Source of the DNA: Phoronis australis
Taxonomy: Eukaryota > Animalia > Phoronida
Assembly (NCBI GenBank): GCA_002633005.1
Contig: NMRA01000209.1
Span: 318,569 to 382,568, forward strand
DNA length: 64,000 bases
Reading direction: 5' to 3'
In this document: piece by piece, positions 51,085 through 64,000 of the stretch
Layout: each line of letters begins with the position of its first letter
How positions within the stretch are numbered: position 1 is the first letter of the stretch
Made by a program: the position numbers and the translations under genes
Notes under the pieces: model-generated
Database searches by the model: none
Told to the model about the DNA's origin: nothing
The model's input: only the letters and a program-made list of their open reading frames with translations

Positions 51085-54000
51085 CTGAAACAGATGTTTG
51101 ATCTAATTAGCTCCATGGTACCACAGGATCGCTATAATTGTTTGTATTTGAGTGATTCAAATGCGTCGCCCCAGCGGCTCATCTTCTAGAGTGCATCATT
51201 TAAGCATCTTTCCACCACCTTCCATTTAGCGGCGTTCACAAGAACTGGATATCAGAGAAGTCAGATACATGTTGGACGCCTCAGAACGCATGGGTAGCGC
51301 AGCCCTCTATGGTACGCCGCCCATAGAACGATCGCTCACGAAGCCGTCTTGTTAGCCGTCTTACGAATTATTAACGAAGCATTGATGCCCAAAATGCTAA
51401 CCCAACTTGTTCTACAGCACTGTACTTGCGAGAAAACAGAGATCATGCAACTCTGTACGAAACATCGGCATGAATTATCACCGAGCACGTCCTCGTAGTG
51501 TGAAGTTCAGAACAGGCATCACGTATTATTGTCCACGGAACGCGATTCAAGCCTGTGTTTGATAGATCATATTTTGAAACTTTTTTTCCTCCTCCACATT
51601 CAATAGTTAACGGATTCACAGGGAATTCCCCATTAGAGCCTCTCCGTCAGTTGCCTTTTAAGAAAACCCCGACATGAATACAAAACAGATGGAAACAATG
51701 GATGCAATCAGAGGCCGCGGTGGAATTTAAATCAACTAAAAAGCAAAGAGACGGAAAAAGAGAGCCATACAGTACGTGACTCCACTATCCCTTGCCAGAT
51801 GGAGGTATCTTTGGAGAAAAACAGCTGTGCACCCCACAAAATTTGTGTTCTTGAACTTATAATTCTTAATAAATTAGATCTAGAGAATCTCTCCTAACAC
51901 GTTTTTGTACTTTTTTTTCGAAGTAAGCATGAATAAGCGATCAATAAAGTGATCGTAGACGATCAAAAATACATTTATAGCAGTTGACAAATGTTCTTTT
52001 TCTCTCTCCTTCATGTTCTGCCTCGTCTTATTTTTTCTCGACCGCTACTGCGCCCCCGCCCTAAGCCTATATCGGTTGCCACGACGGTTTCGCACACAAA
52101 AACTAGACCCCTTACACGAGTATCTGTCGACGACACTACCCTTTTATAGATCCCACTCTTCTCCAGAGGTGGCGCTGTGACAGGAAGTACAGTGCTGATC
52201 GAAAGTACCTTCCCATCGAACGCGCTTCAGCCTTGGTCAGGCCTCGGGTGATCCTCAACCGGAGTGAGGTCAGACATCGCCAGGACACGGTCTGAACTCG
52301 GTTGGGTTAAGGCTCAACCTAAGACTGGCCTAGGCTAGACCTCGGATAGAATGCGGTTATTAAGTCATTTCATGTCCGGAGGGTTACTCCTGTATATGCT
52401 AGCACTAACAGCTGAACCAGCACTCACGGCTTGATTTAGTCCTCGCAGGTTTTTGTCAAGGTTGTGATTTTGTGTCGGCTACGTTATTTAATTACATTGA
52501 GTGTTAAGATTTTCGGGGGAGGAATTAAATAAGACACGGCATTTGACAACGGGGATGGTCGCTAAATTGATGCCAAAAGGGTGAAGGAGAGACTGCGAGT
52601 GGCATGACTATCGCACCATACCATTCGGAATGGCGAAAGAGGGGGGAAGACTGTAACTGGTACGAATGCCGCGTAGCCTAATTCTCTTCGGAGTTCGTGG
52701 TAGTGACTGGAGTATTCCCACAATTTTACAATGCAGTAGGCCTACGTGACATCTTTCAGTAGCCCATGGGTCCATTTATAAATTATGTCCTCGTTCATAG
52801 CTTACTGTTTTGTGATCATTGCACCTTTTGACACCATATCAAAGTTGTACCTCGGGTTACACAACAACTGCTTGTAAGATTTCACTGTATAAGTTTCAGT
52901 GAAAGTGCCATCAATATGCGGCCGCGTTGTGATTTAATTTTTACTTACGCACAATGGCGAGGTGGTTCAGCACTGAGCCCCGAGGCAATCTTCGCACAAA
53001 GGAGCTACAGCTAAGCCAACACGTTCAATACAGACCTAGTCACTGGTTCACGTAATCTGAAAGAATGTCTCCGTCTTGCTTTCCTTAGCGGCTTTACTGA
53101 ACGATCGTGTTTCGTGATGGATCTAGCAGTTAGGTGGGAATACAGCCACTGACGGAACATACTAATAATTTCACGTACGTTGCTCAAAACACAAAACAAA
53201 CCTGTTTTCATCACATGAGAAGCCTTTCCTCACCTCGAAAAAACGGCTTCGTTCGTTAATTACCAATAGTTTCGCGCTGGCTATAATAAAAATACCACTT
53301 CGATGTGGCGAAAAATATTATAGCCGAGGATTTCATGGAATTGTTATAATTAAAGTGCACGTAGAATTGGTCTGTGGAAATGCAGCTTGACAGTGGCGTT
53401 CACGTGTGCGTGTCCGTGTTACATGTACAGTGTAAACAGCAATTGCGGTCACAGTTGCCAAAGTCAACATATAAAGCGGTTCAAAAGACGTTTAAACTTA
53501 ACTAAAATTATCTTCCGTCAACAGCCATTAGTAATTAACCATTACGTAAATGTAATGGAATAATGTTTACTAACATACCTAAGACAGTCGTTTTTATGAG
53601 GACGATGTTAATATCATTTTGTGCGTCTACAGGTAGTACGCTGATTTGTGAGATCAGTGATTCTCAGAATTGTCTGCTCTTGTTCATTTTCCAAAAAAAA
53701 CTTTTTTTGAATTTGTCTTACACTGCAGTTACCTGCTAAACAATCATTTATTAACTTCTTTGTATGCATTGTCTCAATTACGGAAACTGCACTGGTGGTC
53801 CATGACCTAAAGTTTAGCAAGAACATACTCATGTAATTAGAAATCATTTTGGGCCATCACAACAGACAGGGTGCAAATATAACTTGAAATACATATATAT
53901 GTATGCACACACATATAAAAATAGACTAACTGGGAACGTTTTGGTAGGAATCCCAGAACCGAAACGTTTTGTCTACATGGATGATTTCACAAACTTGGCT

Positions 54001-55447
54001 TCCGATTCCCGGTCAAATTCAAAAATCAGAAATTCCTGCTCACACTGACACATGACATTTCTTTAACAGCTTTTTCTGAATGATATGTGACAGAATGTCA
54101 TGAAAAGACAAAATAATCAATAACAATTAAAAACGGTGAGGCGTTTCACTGGAAGCTCAATTAAAGTTTGGAAACTGGCAGTCCCGAAAGCTATCAACTG
54201 ACGCCGACAGCTTCGCACTTTGCTCTGATTTTCAAGAGAATCAAGGCTGCCGAAAAAACAAAATGGGAAGTGTAATTAAAATTTCCGCCCAAAAAATCAA
54301 GTCGGCGAATTCGCCCTGTTGAACAAGACTGTCTTCAGTTGTATCACTAATCATTTCGCTTAAAAAAATTGTACATAGAGTTGAAGATTTTGTTCGAAGG
54401 CATTGCGAGTCATTGAAACATTGAAAAGTTTAGTATAAATCAAGTCATGTTCACTGTTTATGATTATTTTGTCGTTTCAAGGCATTCTCTGACGTTGCCC
54501 GAAAATTGAATACCGTAGGCCCTGACCGGCATGTGGGCATGAATTGGACAAAGGAAAACTTGCATCAGGCTGTTTCCAGAGAGATTGCTTCGTTATGGGT
54601 TAGGTGCTAATACCTCAGTTGTGTGCTGTGTAACGCTAACCCGGCTGACCCATACAGCACAGCTAACGGGGAGTAAGTTTTCCGGGTAGTAGTTTCGCTC
54701 AATGAACTGCAGAGGCTATCAATCTCATAAAGTTTTGGCACTTTTTATTATCGCTAAGTACAGACAGCTCAGTACTAGGTTCATTTTCATCATCCATTTC
54801 ACTACAAACTCTATTCAGTCATATCAGGAAGAGATAACCAAGAAGGGACAACTGTTTTAGCGCATTTTAACGTGATTTCAAAAGTGATTTTAAAAGTAAA
54901 TGTTCAAGTCGTGTGGAATCCAAGCATTGTGTTTGAAAGCTTAAAATGACATCACTTTGGTCCCCAAAGACTGCATATTAATGGCACTGGGATGCTTTGA
55001 ACATGACTTGTTTTACCCTTCCAAAAGATGCCTCTTCCCAGGCGTGTAATCGTGCTGATCCTCTTTTTTGAACAAACAGATGTCACTAATATATGCAAAT
55101 GAGGCTCGTATGTCCTACGTCATATGACGTCATACGACGTCGTACGACGCGAACTTCCAATTTGAACCCTCAGGTGACTATAGTGAATGACTTGAAACGC
55201 AGTTCTACCTGATTGGGCAGATCTAAGAAAATTAAGAACTCACACAAGCGAATGTTCAAAGAACATTGAATGGTTTCACATGGAAATACATTTAATTGTA
55301 TTTGGATACGCTTGCATGTGTGTACGCGTGGACTTTGTCATTTTGCTTAAATCCAGATTTAGAAGCAGGTGTTAGTCAAGAAATTAGATGCTCCCGCCAC
55401 GTTGGCCGGTGTCGTGGCGTCCGAGTCGCCGGGAAGTCTGATCCATG

Positions 55448-55551
55448 CATGCGCAATTCGACGAACTAATGCTAGCCGCTGGTCAGCTCCGCTATGATTC
55501 ATGCGCAATTCGAAGAACTAATGCTAGTCGCTGGTCAGCTCCGCTATGACT
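55448..55551 (+). repeat. 52-bp tandem duplication
   Basis: catgcgcaattcgacgaactaatgctagccgctggtcagctccgctatgatt repeated twice with about 3 mismatches. Confidence 0.85.
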
Positions 55552-56561
55552 CATTTGAGACGTGCGGCTTAACTCGAACCTACATGTATACCCGTGTTCT
55601 GGCTCCAAGGTCGTTTTGTTTGACCCAGTTTCGGGAAAAGTTCATTTTAATACGGTCATTTCCTGAAGAATTTTTTGAAAGATATGATTCCGAAATCCTT
55701 GGCCTATAGAGCTGTATCAAAATTCCTTGTTGAAACACGACCACTGGTCCAGCTTCTGCCGGGCGGCTGGGGAAAATGCTATGGAACGCGTGTCCCAAAA
55801 ATGCACACACTTCAACCCCAGCAGTTCAAGTTCTTTTCCCGTCGATCACTGTGCGCGGATTCTACGCGGGCAGCCTACTGCATGATTGCATCTTATTTTT
55901 AATGTGGGTGCGTCACTGAGTCACGACGTGTCCAGCCTTTGCAGCATGCACGGGAATGTCAAGCAAACGATTCGGTTTAGAAGAACCTAAATTCATTGCA
56001 CAATACTACTGGGAACTACAAGCATCAAGGAAATGCAAAGACGAGCAATGACGTGAACTTCTTTTTTCATCCAATCTACGGTTTGTAATTTTTTTAATTT
56101 CTTTAGTCTACGGTGTCCTTCTTTGCGATATGGTGGTCTGATAATGGATCAAATTTTTGCAAGTCAGCCTTCAGCCTTTAATTAAGTTCAGTGACGCGTC
56201 ACCATTTCTTACAAGAGAGCTTCTGTGCTGTGCACGAATGTTTTGTGTTTTTGATGAATTTAGAATCTCAATTTCACCTCGTGAGTAGTTGGCAGTGTCA
56301 TGTCGGAGGTTATAGAGGGCGCAGCTCTAAAAAAAGTGGGGGCTAAAGCCCCCTCAGCCCCCCCCCCCTGTGGTGCACCGCATATAGACCATGTGACAAG
56401 CACGCCATTTAACCGAAAGGCTGGAAGTCAACGCCGGGAATCGGCGACTTCAAATCACAAAAACACATCTGATCAAGTTCATTGTCTTCATCTTGTTCTG
56501 GTCATGGTTCAAGACGTCAACCTTTCTCAACAATATATAATCTCTTATGGCGTTGGTGATN

Positions 56562-57172
56562 TTTCCAACTTTGGCTGGTTTATGTTCGTGATGTATGATC
56601 AGTTTCCGAGCCACTGGTCGGGATAACGAGTCAATCCGGCGGCCGCGAGGGGCCTCATCGGCCTCCGAGCCACTGGCCAGGATAACGAGCGTTTTGCGTG
56701 TCTAGAACTCAAAAAATCACATTTCTGAACAACACAGACTAGGTTCTCCTGTCTGTATCTCAGGGAAAAATACTTCGAATTTATCTCCGAACAGACCTCA
56801 AACTGCGGCTACGGACCTTATTGGCCTGCCGAGCCGTTGTAGGCTACGGCTGTGTCCAAATACCAATAAATCCGTAACAGCGAAATAAAACAACACGTTT
56901 TTATAGGAACTCGGTGTATTTTTAAGGATTTTACATCGAAGTTTGATGATTTATTGATGTAAAACGATGAATCCAAGCGATAAGCTGACACCAGTAAACC
57001 GTGTTGTGAACTGCTGAACAGATTGCGTGTGAAACCAATTACGTCATTGGATAATTTCAACACCTCAGTCTGCCGTCAGGTGTCAGGTAACACAACCGTA
57101 CGTGCCTTTATGAAGTAGCACTACTCGATCTAAATTGATACAAATTTGGTTGTTTTGGGGTGGAATACTCCT
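56562..57172 (+). mobile_element. Right end of a Kolobok-like element (K3), uninterrupted copy of the K2 3' region
   Basis: Aligns with 24377-24910 plus 28270-28344; ends GGGGTGGAATACTCCT|TTAA. Confidence 0.7.
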
Positions 57173-58099
57173 TTAATACGCTCCGCAAAATTTTTGCTTT
57201 ACAAATTTTCTCGAATTTTCGAAATCCATGCATGAATGATTATAGAAGTGCACATTTTCAAGAGCGCTTAGATGACCTATGTTGCAAAAACGGAGACCCT
57301 AACAACAATTGTACTGGTCAGGGCCTTCAAATGGTAAACCATACACTGATACCGAGTTGTCAAAGTTATCTTGAGTTTTCTCTCTGATCAGTATTCGAAG
57401 TCTTTCTTGTTTGTCTTTCCCCAGCCACACATCTTTGTCGGTTGCCATGGTTTAACCCTGAGACATGCATTTTTTGGGGTGGCACTCGCCCTCCCTCCGC
57501 TTACTAAGGTCCTGATGCAAGGAGTCCATCTTTGGTCGAAGGTCAATGTTGTGTTTCAACACGCACTCGTTGTATAGCTTGAGCATTAAACAGTTCACAC
57601 CGTGGATTTTTGCACATTTTGAATTACCGGTAGCCACAGACTAAATGTATGACGTAAAATTTAGCTAAACCCATGATTATTTTGTGCAATTAGCTCTAAA
57701 TTTTGATTTTTCGTTCAATTTTGCCAATTTTCACATTTGCCGCCATGTGACGTCATGGGTTAAACACAAGAGATCAGTGACTAGCATTGAACAACGGATG
57801 AGAGCAGGGAATTTGAAAGCGACAACGATTATGAACAAGAATTGAACAAATACTGTGAAGAAACGTACGGGAATGGTGGCCAGGATGAGGAAATGGGGTT
57901 GCACGTAAGCGAGAACAAGTTTAATGTGCTTCCGGGATCATATTTTGCTACTTTCAGCCTTACGAACTGGATCCTCCGGCGAGAGAAGCGGCCTCTGGCT
58001 TAGCAAGTCAATCCAGTCATCACAGACGATCCTGAATTAAGAGCTGATGTTTCTGAATGATAAACATTGTCCTTTATTGAACCAGGCGTTCATCGAAAC

Positions 58100-58310
58100 G
58101 TCTCCTGTGACTGGAGTCGTAACACGAGTCCTCAAAGTGGGCAGAACACAGAGTGGCCCCGGACCGAATCGCTTGGTCCACGATGATGTCCTACACTCTC
58201 GTTCGGCGCACGAAGCGATGCCACTTCTGCGAAACTTTGGTGTCCTTCGGAACACCGAGACGTTCTCCGCCAGGCTGCTGTTGCTGCAGCCTCTGGAAAC
58301 ACATCTTTTG
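58100..58310 (-). pseudogene. THAP zinc-finger remnant (transposon-derived)
   Basis: KRCVSRGCSN..VSVF, then after a frameshift PKDTKVSQKWHRFVRRTR*..TLCSAHFEDSCY (C2CH THAP signature). Confidence 0.75.
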
Positions 58311-59509
58311 ATCCCTCTACGAACCTTCTCGACTCTAAATGTACTTTGTTTTCTCTTCACTCTATACACTTTTTCTCTGATACGAACAGTATGGCAAGCG
58401 ATTTGGGTTCAACCCATGACGTTGTACATGATTATTATTTTTTCAATTTTTGCGTGTTTCTTTATGAGCTGTGCACTAAAGGCACTGAAATCAAGTAAGG
58501 TATAATAACAAAATTGATTTTGAGGTACTAGAGTCATGTTTTGTACACTTTAAGTTAAATGTTCAAGAAATACGGGAGCAGTTTTGCGCATTTAATTGTG
58601 CGTGTAAAAGGGTTTATGGATTCGTACTGAATTTGTTGCTGCAACTTGTCTCATGGGCCTGTACCCGGCACGTGACCACAAATGTGGACACTAATTCGGC
58701 TATTGCGCAAGTCTACTGTAGCAAGGTGGCCAGTGAAAATGTAAGGCAGCACCAGGCCAGTTAGCGTGTGTGACAACTCGGATTTCTATTTCTTATTATG
58801 AAAACCATTGAAGGCAATTATCAGCACCTGCAAACAAGAATTTTGAAGTATTGAGAATTTCAACAGGAGTTAGCTGTAGACTTAGTCGCGAAGCTGCCGA
58901 CATTCGAGCCACGGTTACTGCCGGTCCTTCGAAGCAATGATTGCACATATATACGAATTTTTAAGAATGGCAAGGGTGCGTTTTGTGTTGACGGAAATGT
59001 CCATGGCGTCGAGGTATCTGAGGCATTTAATGATGAACAACTGTTGTGGCTTAATTTGGAAAAAAATTAGCAAAACTAACTTCCAGGTATGCAAACTGTG
59101 GCGGAATTAAGCAATACGATTATGGCAGTGCTAATTGTAGCAGAGCCACAAAGTGTGTTAAAATGGTAGAAAATTAGGCATAACATTTCTGAAGCAGATA
59201 AAAGTTTGATTGGCGTAGGAGAAAGCCGATGTCTTCAATGCTCAGAAAAATTTCGGCAGGCAAGAGACTTGCCAAGAAAATGGCATTTTAAAGGAAAGAA
59301 CTGCTGCCAATTCCAGTTATTCGGTGCAACTTCTCTCACCCGACGGCGTGTTTCACGATACCGCAACCTCAAACAACGTCAAAGAAACAAAACGCGCAGG
59401 GTGAAATATTATAGAGTATTAATATTTATTCTTGGATACAGGTGTCCACCTCAAAATGAATTTCCCACGGTCATTCTTTATGCCGATAGCAATGTTTTCC
59501 TCAACTGAA

Positions 59510-59593
59510 NNNNNNNNNNNNNNNNNNNNNNNNNNNNNNNNNNNNNNNNNNNNNNNNNNNNNNNNNNNNNNNNNNNNNNNNNNNNNNNNNNNN
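59510..59593. other. Assembly gap
   Basis: 84 consecutive N. Confidence 0.99.
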
Positions 59594-59969
59594 TTTAGTG
59601 ATCTGTGACATGTATTGAATCATATGGAATTGGTTTTGTGTGGTACCTCGAATGTATGTGCTAGCTCATTTTTGGGGGGTCCTTTTTTGGCTTCTGCCGG
59701 ACCCATTCCAGAGTGCAATTTGTCTGTCATGGGTCATTCGGTGTTCAGTGCGGTATTATTGTTCGTTTTAAATCAGTTTTGGTTGGTACCTCGAATATCT
59801 AGTCTAGCTCATTTTTTGGGGTCTTTGTAAGGCCCCCAGGGGTCACACCCAGAGTGCAGACAACGGCAGACGTCCATTTCTGTACATACTGAGGTGGACT
59901 TTAAATGCTCCCGTGGTCAGATGTTGGTACCTCGTTCATCTATGCTAAGTGCTCTGGGCTGCCGGTCTA
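59594..59969. mobile_element. Terminus of another copy of the inner-Academ family
   Basis: Matches 50040-50410 and ends GCTGCCGGTCTA; the remainder is probably in the gap. Confidence 0.8.
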
Positions 59970-61878
59970 AACTACTGTAAACTGACGAGTCTCAGAACTC
60001 CCACATGCAAATTTGATATGCAAATGAAGGAGTACTTGACTACTGCGCCATCTATACATCGACGGAAAAGCTTAAATACCCGTGACTGCGTGTGGGAAGT
60101 TGCTTGCGTTGAAGTCGATATTTTCAAAGTACAATTACACCACTGTTTAATTATGGTTGCAAAGTGAGTTTTTTTGATATCCTTCGAAAGAAAAAGCTTT
60201 AATCTCTTGTCCGGCGAAGGAGGCCAAAAAACGGCAGTTTACATGTAGCTAGTTGTCCCTTCCTGGTTATCTCTTCCTGGTAATATTTAAGTTTGCGGTT
60301 TTTTAAGAATGGAAAAACCCGAGGCGTTACAGAGAGAAAAAACATGTGGTGTTTTAAAAGCTTCTGGCTTCATAATTACCAAAGTTTACAATGTTAAATG
60401 ACAAAAAACAAGAACATTTCCCAGGTAATGCATCGCTCCACTAAGAAATAGGTTGGTGCGATAATGTGACAAGACGAAAAAGGAGGAAATCCTCTTAAAG
60501 GAGGAAAATTCCAAGCCCTGTATAGTATAAAAAATATTGCATTCCTTGCAAATGAAATTATTCGATGAATGTTCGCCAAATACACAACAAATCAGTGAGT
60601 GAGAAGCTTGGGCTGTGTTGTTTGTCAATCAAGTCAAGACTTAACAATAGATTCTGGTGACTAGGGAAGGGGAATTTAAGCTGCTACAAGTATGAGAATA
60701 TGACTCTCACTAACTCCTCTAGACATCTAACATAATAGAGAATATATCAAGACAACTAGAATCTATGGAAGCAAGGAAACGAAACATGAACGAATGTAAT
60801 GAAGTAAAAACTAATCCATGAAGAAATGAATAGAAGGCTGCAGAATGTTGGCTCCATGCACTTAATAATAGGTAACTTTAAAATTGAATATTTAAGACAT
60901 TCCTACAAGCATCGTTGCTAGCTTTTCTTAGGTCAACTAGTTTTGACACTGCGCGTTTTGATTGATTAAATTTCTGCCCAATTTTATTGATAGGTCTTGG
61001 AAGTAAAGATTTCAGTGAGAGGTGTTTGTGGTACATGTACCTAGAACACGCGGTGACGAGTCATTTCCAACCCAACATACTTCATTGTTTCGCTGAAGAT
61101 TTGCAAAAGTAGTAGCAGAAAACTGAAGACGATTGCTGATGACATATTGCATTTACATGCATACAATTTCCAACGCTTCAATGGCAAATCAGTTGATCGT
61201 CACCAAGCAAATACATGTAGAATCCCCACAAAGGGTCACAGATTATCACGAGGAACACGTAAGTGATTTGTCTCATCCATTGACCAACTAAATTTTCATA
61301 AACATCTAATTTATCTTCAAAATCCCGTTCACTGTAAACTTCAGTCAACGTGTATGTCGTGATATATCGTGGCATCATATGCTGGTTCGGGTGCATGTGG
61401 AATGCCCATTCGTTCATTGCCAAACGTGAAAAGATTCAACCGTTGACACCCACACCGGTAGAGATTGAGCAATTCGGCAGGTTTGGGTACCTCAGATTCT
61501 ACCGGTTAAGATCAAAGGCACCATAGTGTGTAGTTAAGTAAAGCCACCCCCTCAGACTGCTGATTTTATCGTTCTCTAGATAATGAGACCCATCATAAGT
61601 ACGATTGGGGCGACATTAGTGTTTTTAAATATTCGTTTTGAACATTTGCAAATAGGATATTTAGTTCATGAAAAGCACACGTTATTAGACTTTGAATTTT
61701 GAAAAGAAATGTGACTTTTACAATCTAAAACATTTGTTTATTGCTGCAATAATATGTTCCTCATTAATTCTGCTGGCCTTACAACATAATTGGGACATTT
61801 ACTAAACCACCAGGCAGCATCTGGATTTTGAGTTTAACCAAGTGTTATCGTCCAATTCTTGGCATGACATAAAAATAC

Positions 61879-62011
61879 CTGGAAATTCCTGTTCACATTC
61901 AACTTTCACGTCGTGATATGTCGCGGCCTCTTGTTCTGGTTCGTGTGCATATCGGTCGCTCATTCGTTCACTGCCAAAATAGTAGGCGCGACTAAACGGT
62001 TCAAGCAACAC
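61879..62011 (-). CDS. Sulfotransferase-like protein, exon 2
   Basis: Acceptor cattctag|. Encodes VLLEPFSRAYYFGSERMSDRY..TYHDVKVECEQEFP. Donor G|gtattt. Confidence 0.88.
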
Positions 62012-62595
62012 CTAGAATGTTTCATGAGACGCAATGGTATAAATGATGAGAATTTACAGTGGTGGAATTTGCCGTCGAGGGCTTAACAAAGCATTTTTAA
62101 GCGTGTTTCAATTCATGAGACCGACGTGTGCGGATCTCAAAACACTGAAAAGGAAAAGACCAATTGTTACAGAAAAATGTTTTTTTGCAACAAGAAACGA
62201 GCTTAAGCTCAAAATGACAATATAGTTGAAATCGCATTGTAAGGCTGACAATTACAAAAAAGTAAAACTAAACTCATCAACAAAAATTTCTTTGTCACAC
62301 AATCGTCTCTAGATAAAAATACCCCATATTTTTACCTTTTTAATTACTTCTACCTTTTCCTCAGAGAAACAAAATCAATGTACATGATGGGAAATGCAAT
62401 TTTTTCTCCTGCCAGTTTGGACATTGCATATACAATATGTATGACTACTAAGAAACGAAACAAGCTAAAACAAACTGTATGCTTAACGCATAAAGTCATC
62501 TAACTCTTCCACGGTGTGTTGGATATTGAATCATGAGACGAGTGACTAAATTTCTGTGAAATCAATGTTGTTTTATAGCAAGTTTCGTTTTTTAC

Positions 62596-62712
62596 CTTCA
62601 TGTTCGGTCTCGTTGCCATGGCTCGTGCGAACGCCGTAGAAATGCTTCGCGGAACTGACCATAAAATAATTCTAGTTTGCTTAGACATTGCCCTGGAATT
62701 AAAATTCATCAT
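62596..62712 (-). CDS. Sulfotransferase-like protein, exon 1 (5'-PSB/P-loop motif)
   Basis: MMNFNSRAMSKQTRIILWSVPRSISTAFARAMATRPNMK with donor AAG|gtaaaa. The WSxPRSxSTAFxR motif is diagnostic. The true start may be M9 (62688). Confidence 0.88.
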
Positions 62713-64000
62713 TGAAATGGTCAGTTAGGTCATCACACCACGGCTACTCGTGAAAGCAAAATCTGAAATGTGAGTTTTACTGATCTCCGACTCTTACATA
62801 ATCTGAACCATAAATCCCAATATAAAGAGTGGGCCCCTTTGTGCGTACCACTATCTTGAAAATCAAACGAAGACAAATATGCTGCTTCAAAGGTACAAAG
62901 GCATTACCTACGACTGATTTCAGGTGTTGATAAGCGTTGGGTAATTATTATGTTCTTGAGAACCTTAAATGTACACTTGCCTTCACCCGTTTGGAAAACA
63001 GGGTGAGTTTTGCGAGCCCAAAAACATCACGTCACATCAACATTTCTTAGCTTTCAGCCATGTCTGTGTTTGCCTTATTTTGTTGTTATTTTGTTTCTTT
63101 AAAGTGGGCAGGGTTTAACCTGCGTAAGTATTCAGAATGGAAATGGGCTGTTACTGACTACGGCGGCCATTTTTGGCTGGGGTGCACCACCAAATGTAAA
63201 ACTTAAATATAAACAATCGTATTAAATTTAATGAAGTAAAATTAGTCGAAGTTATGTGGGGTGAGCGTTCTTTTGGTGATGAATTAACTTTGCGTTAAAC
63301 TACGTTTTATGACGTTTTTAACCAAAGTGAAGCGGAAAAGGTATCTTTAAGTGTTATACTTTTTATTCCAAACCTTTGTGACCTAAAACGACACCAATCC
63401 CGGTTCTGGCCTGTTAACTGATGTTACAAAACGTCATTTCCATCCAGTTTTCTTAAACAAAATAACGCCTTGTAACCCTTGACAACCCTCTAAAGTTCTG
63501 GGGCATATAAAAACAAGATTTTATTTGATCCTTGCTTTTATCTTTCAAGATTGGCGCCAATGATGCATTAGCAAGTGACAGAATGAGGATTGGCTGAAAG
63601 CATCAAAACAGGGTTTAGTGTCCTTTTAAGAGTAATAGCTTAACTATGAACATTGATGTTTTAAAGGTCAACATCAAAGTTTTCAAAGGTATGGCGATGC
63701 ACCTCTGGTTGAGGATATGACGTATCATACTGACAAGTCTGTGCATTCGGTCAAATAGCTACAAAACACTAAAATTCAAAAGGTAGAAGTTCGTATTTTG
63801 TGCAATTAGAAATCCAAAATAATTATCTTTTGACTACGTTCTAGGTTTGTCTAGATTGGGTCAGAGTGGCAATGTTTTTTAGTATAATTCCTGCTATATT
63901 AATAAGTAAACAAAGACATTAATTTGACAACATGTCCAAATTTTCAAGATGAATGGAACAAACGTTCATGAGCTTACTTCACAATTTGTTTCAATGGAGG

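Noticed and set aside
55560-55800. Possible Harbinger transposase N-terminal fragment (SFKKFFR..NELF) on the minus strand
   Set aside because: Too short and degenerate; no termini found.
61178-61423. 81-aa minus-strand ORF in intron 2 as a possible extra exon
   Set aside because: Exons 2 and 3 already join in frame with no gap in the family motifs, and the ORF has no recognisable domain.

Overview
AT-rich, intron-containing eukaryotic DNA that looks like a marine invertebrate draft assembly; most ORF-track entries are spurious. Two spliced host genes could be rebuilt by hand. (1) Plus strand, join(5801..5870,6482..6613,11756..12722,14720..15209): a 552-aa type-I membrane protein with signal peptide, one CUB domain, a Ser/Thr-rich stalk, a TM helix, and a cytoplasmic tail with three LPP(V/I) repeats ending ESVI. 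Parts of it are falsely duplicated at single-N haplotype junctions (10331, 13893). (2) Minus strand, complement(join(31896..32056,37416..37517,38252..38377,50926..51084,61879..62011,62596..62712)): a 265-aa P-loop sulfotransferase-like protein (Sulfotransfer_5 / N-terminal domain of BCAT-like proteins) whose last intron is GC-AG. The rest is layered decayed transposons: an Academ nested in another Academ (both with TIRs and 3-bp TSDs), a Sola3-like TTAA element, THAP-bearing Kolobok-like elements, a Tc1/mariner remnant, L1/Tx1 and other LINE fragments, a Helentron-type non-autonomous element and MITEs. Other notable signals are three copies of the CUB gene's GATA-rich promoter/first-exon module and about 35 TACATGTA octamers that behave like transposon excision footprints. 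There are no rRNA, tRNA or CRISPR features. Family assignments come from motif recall, not database searches.
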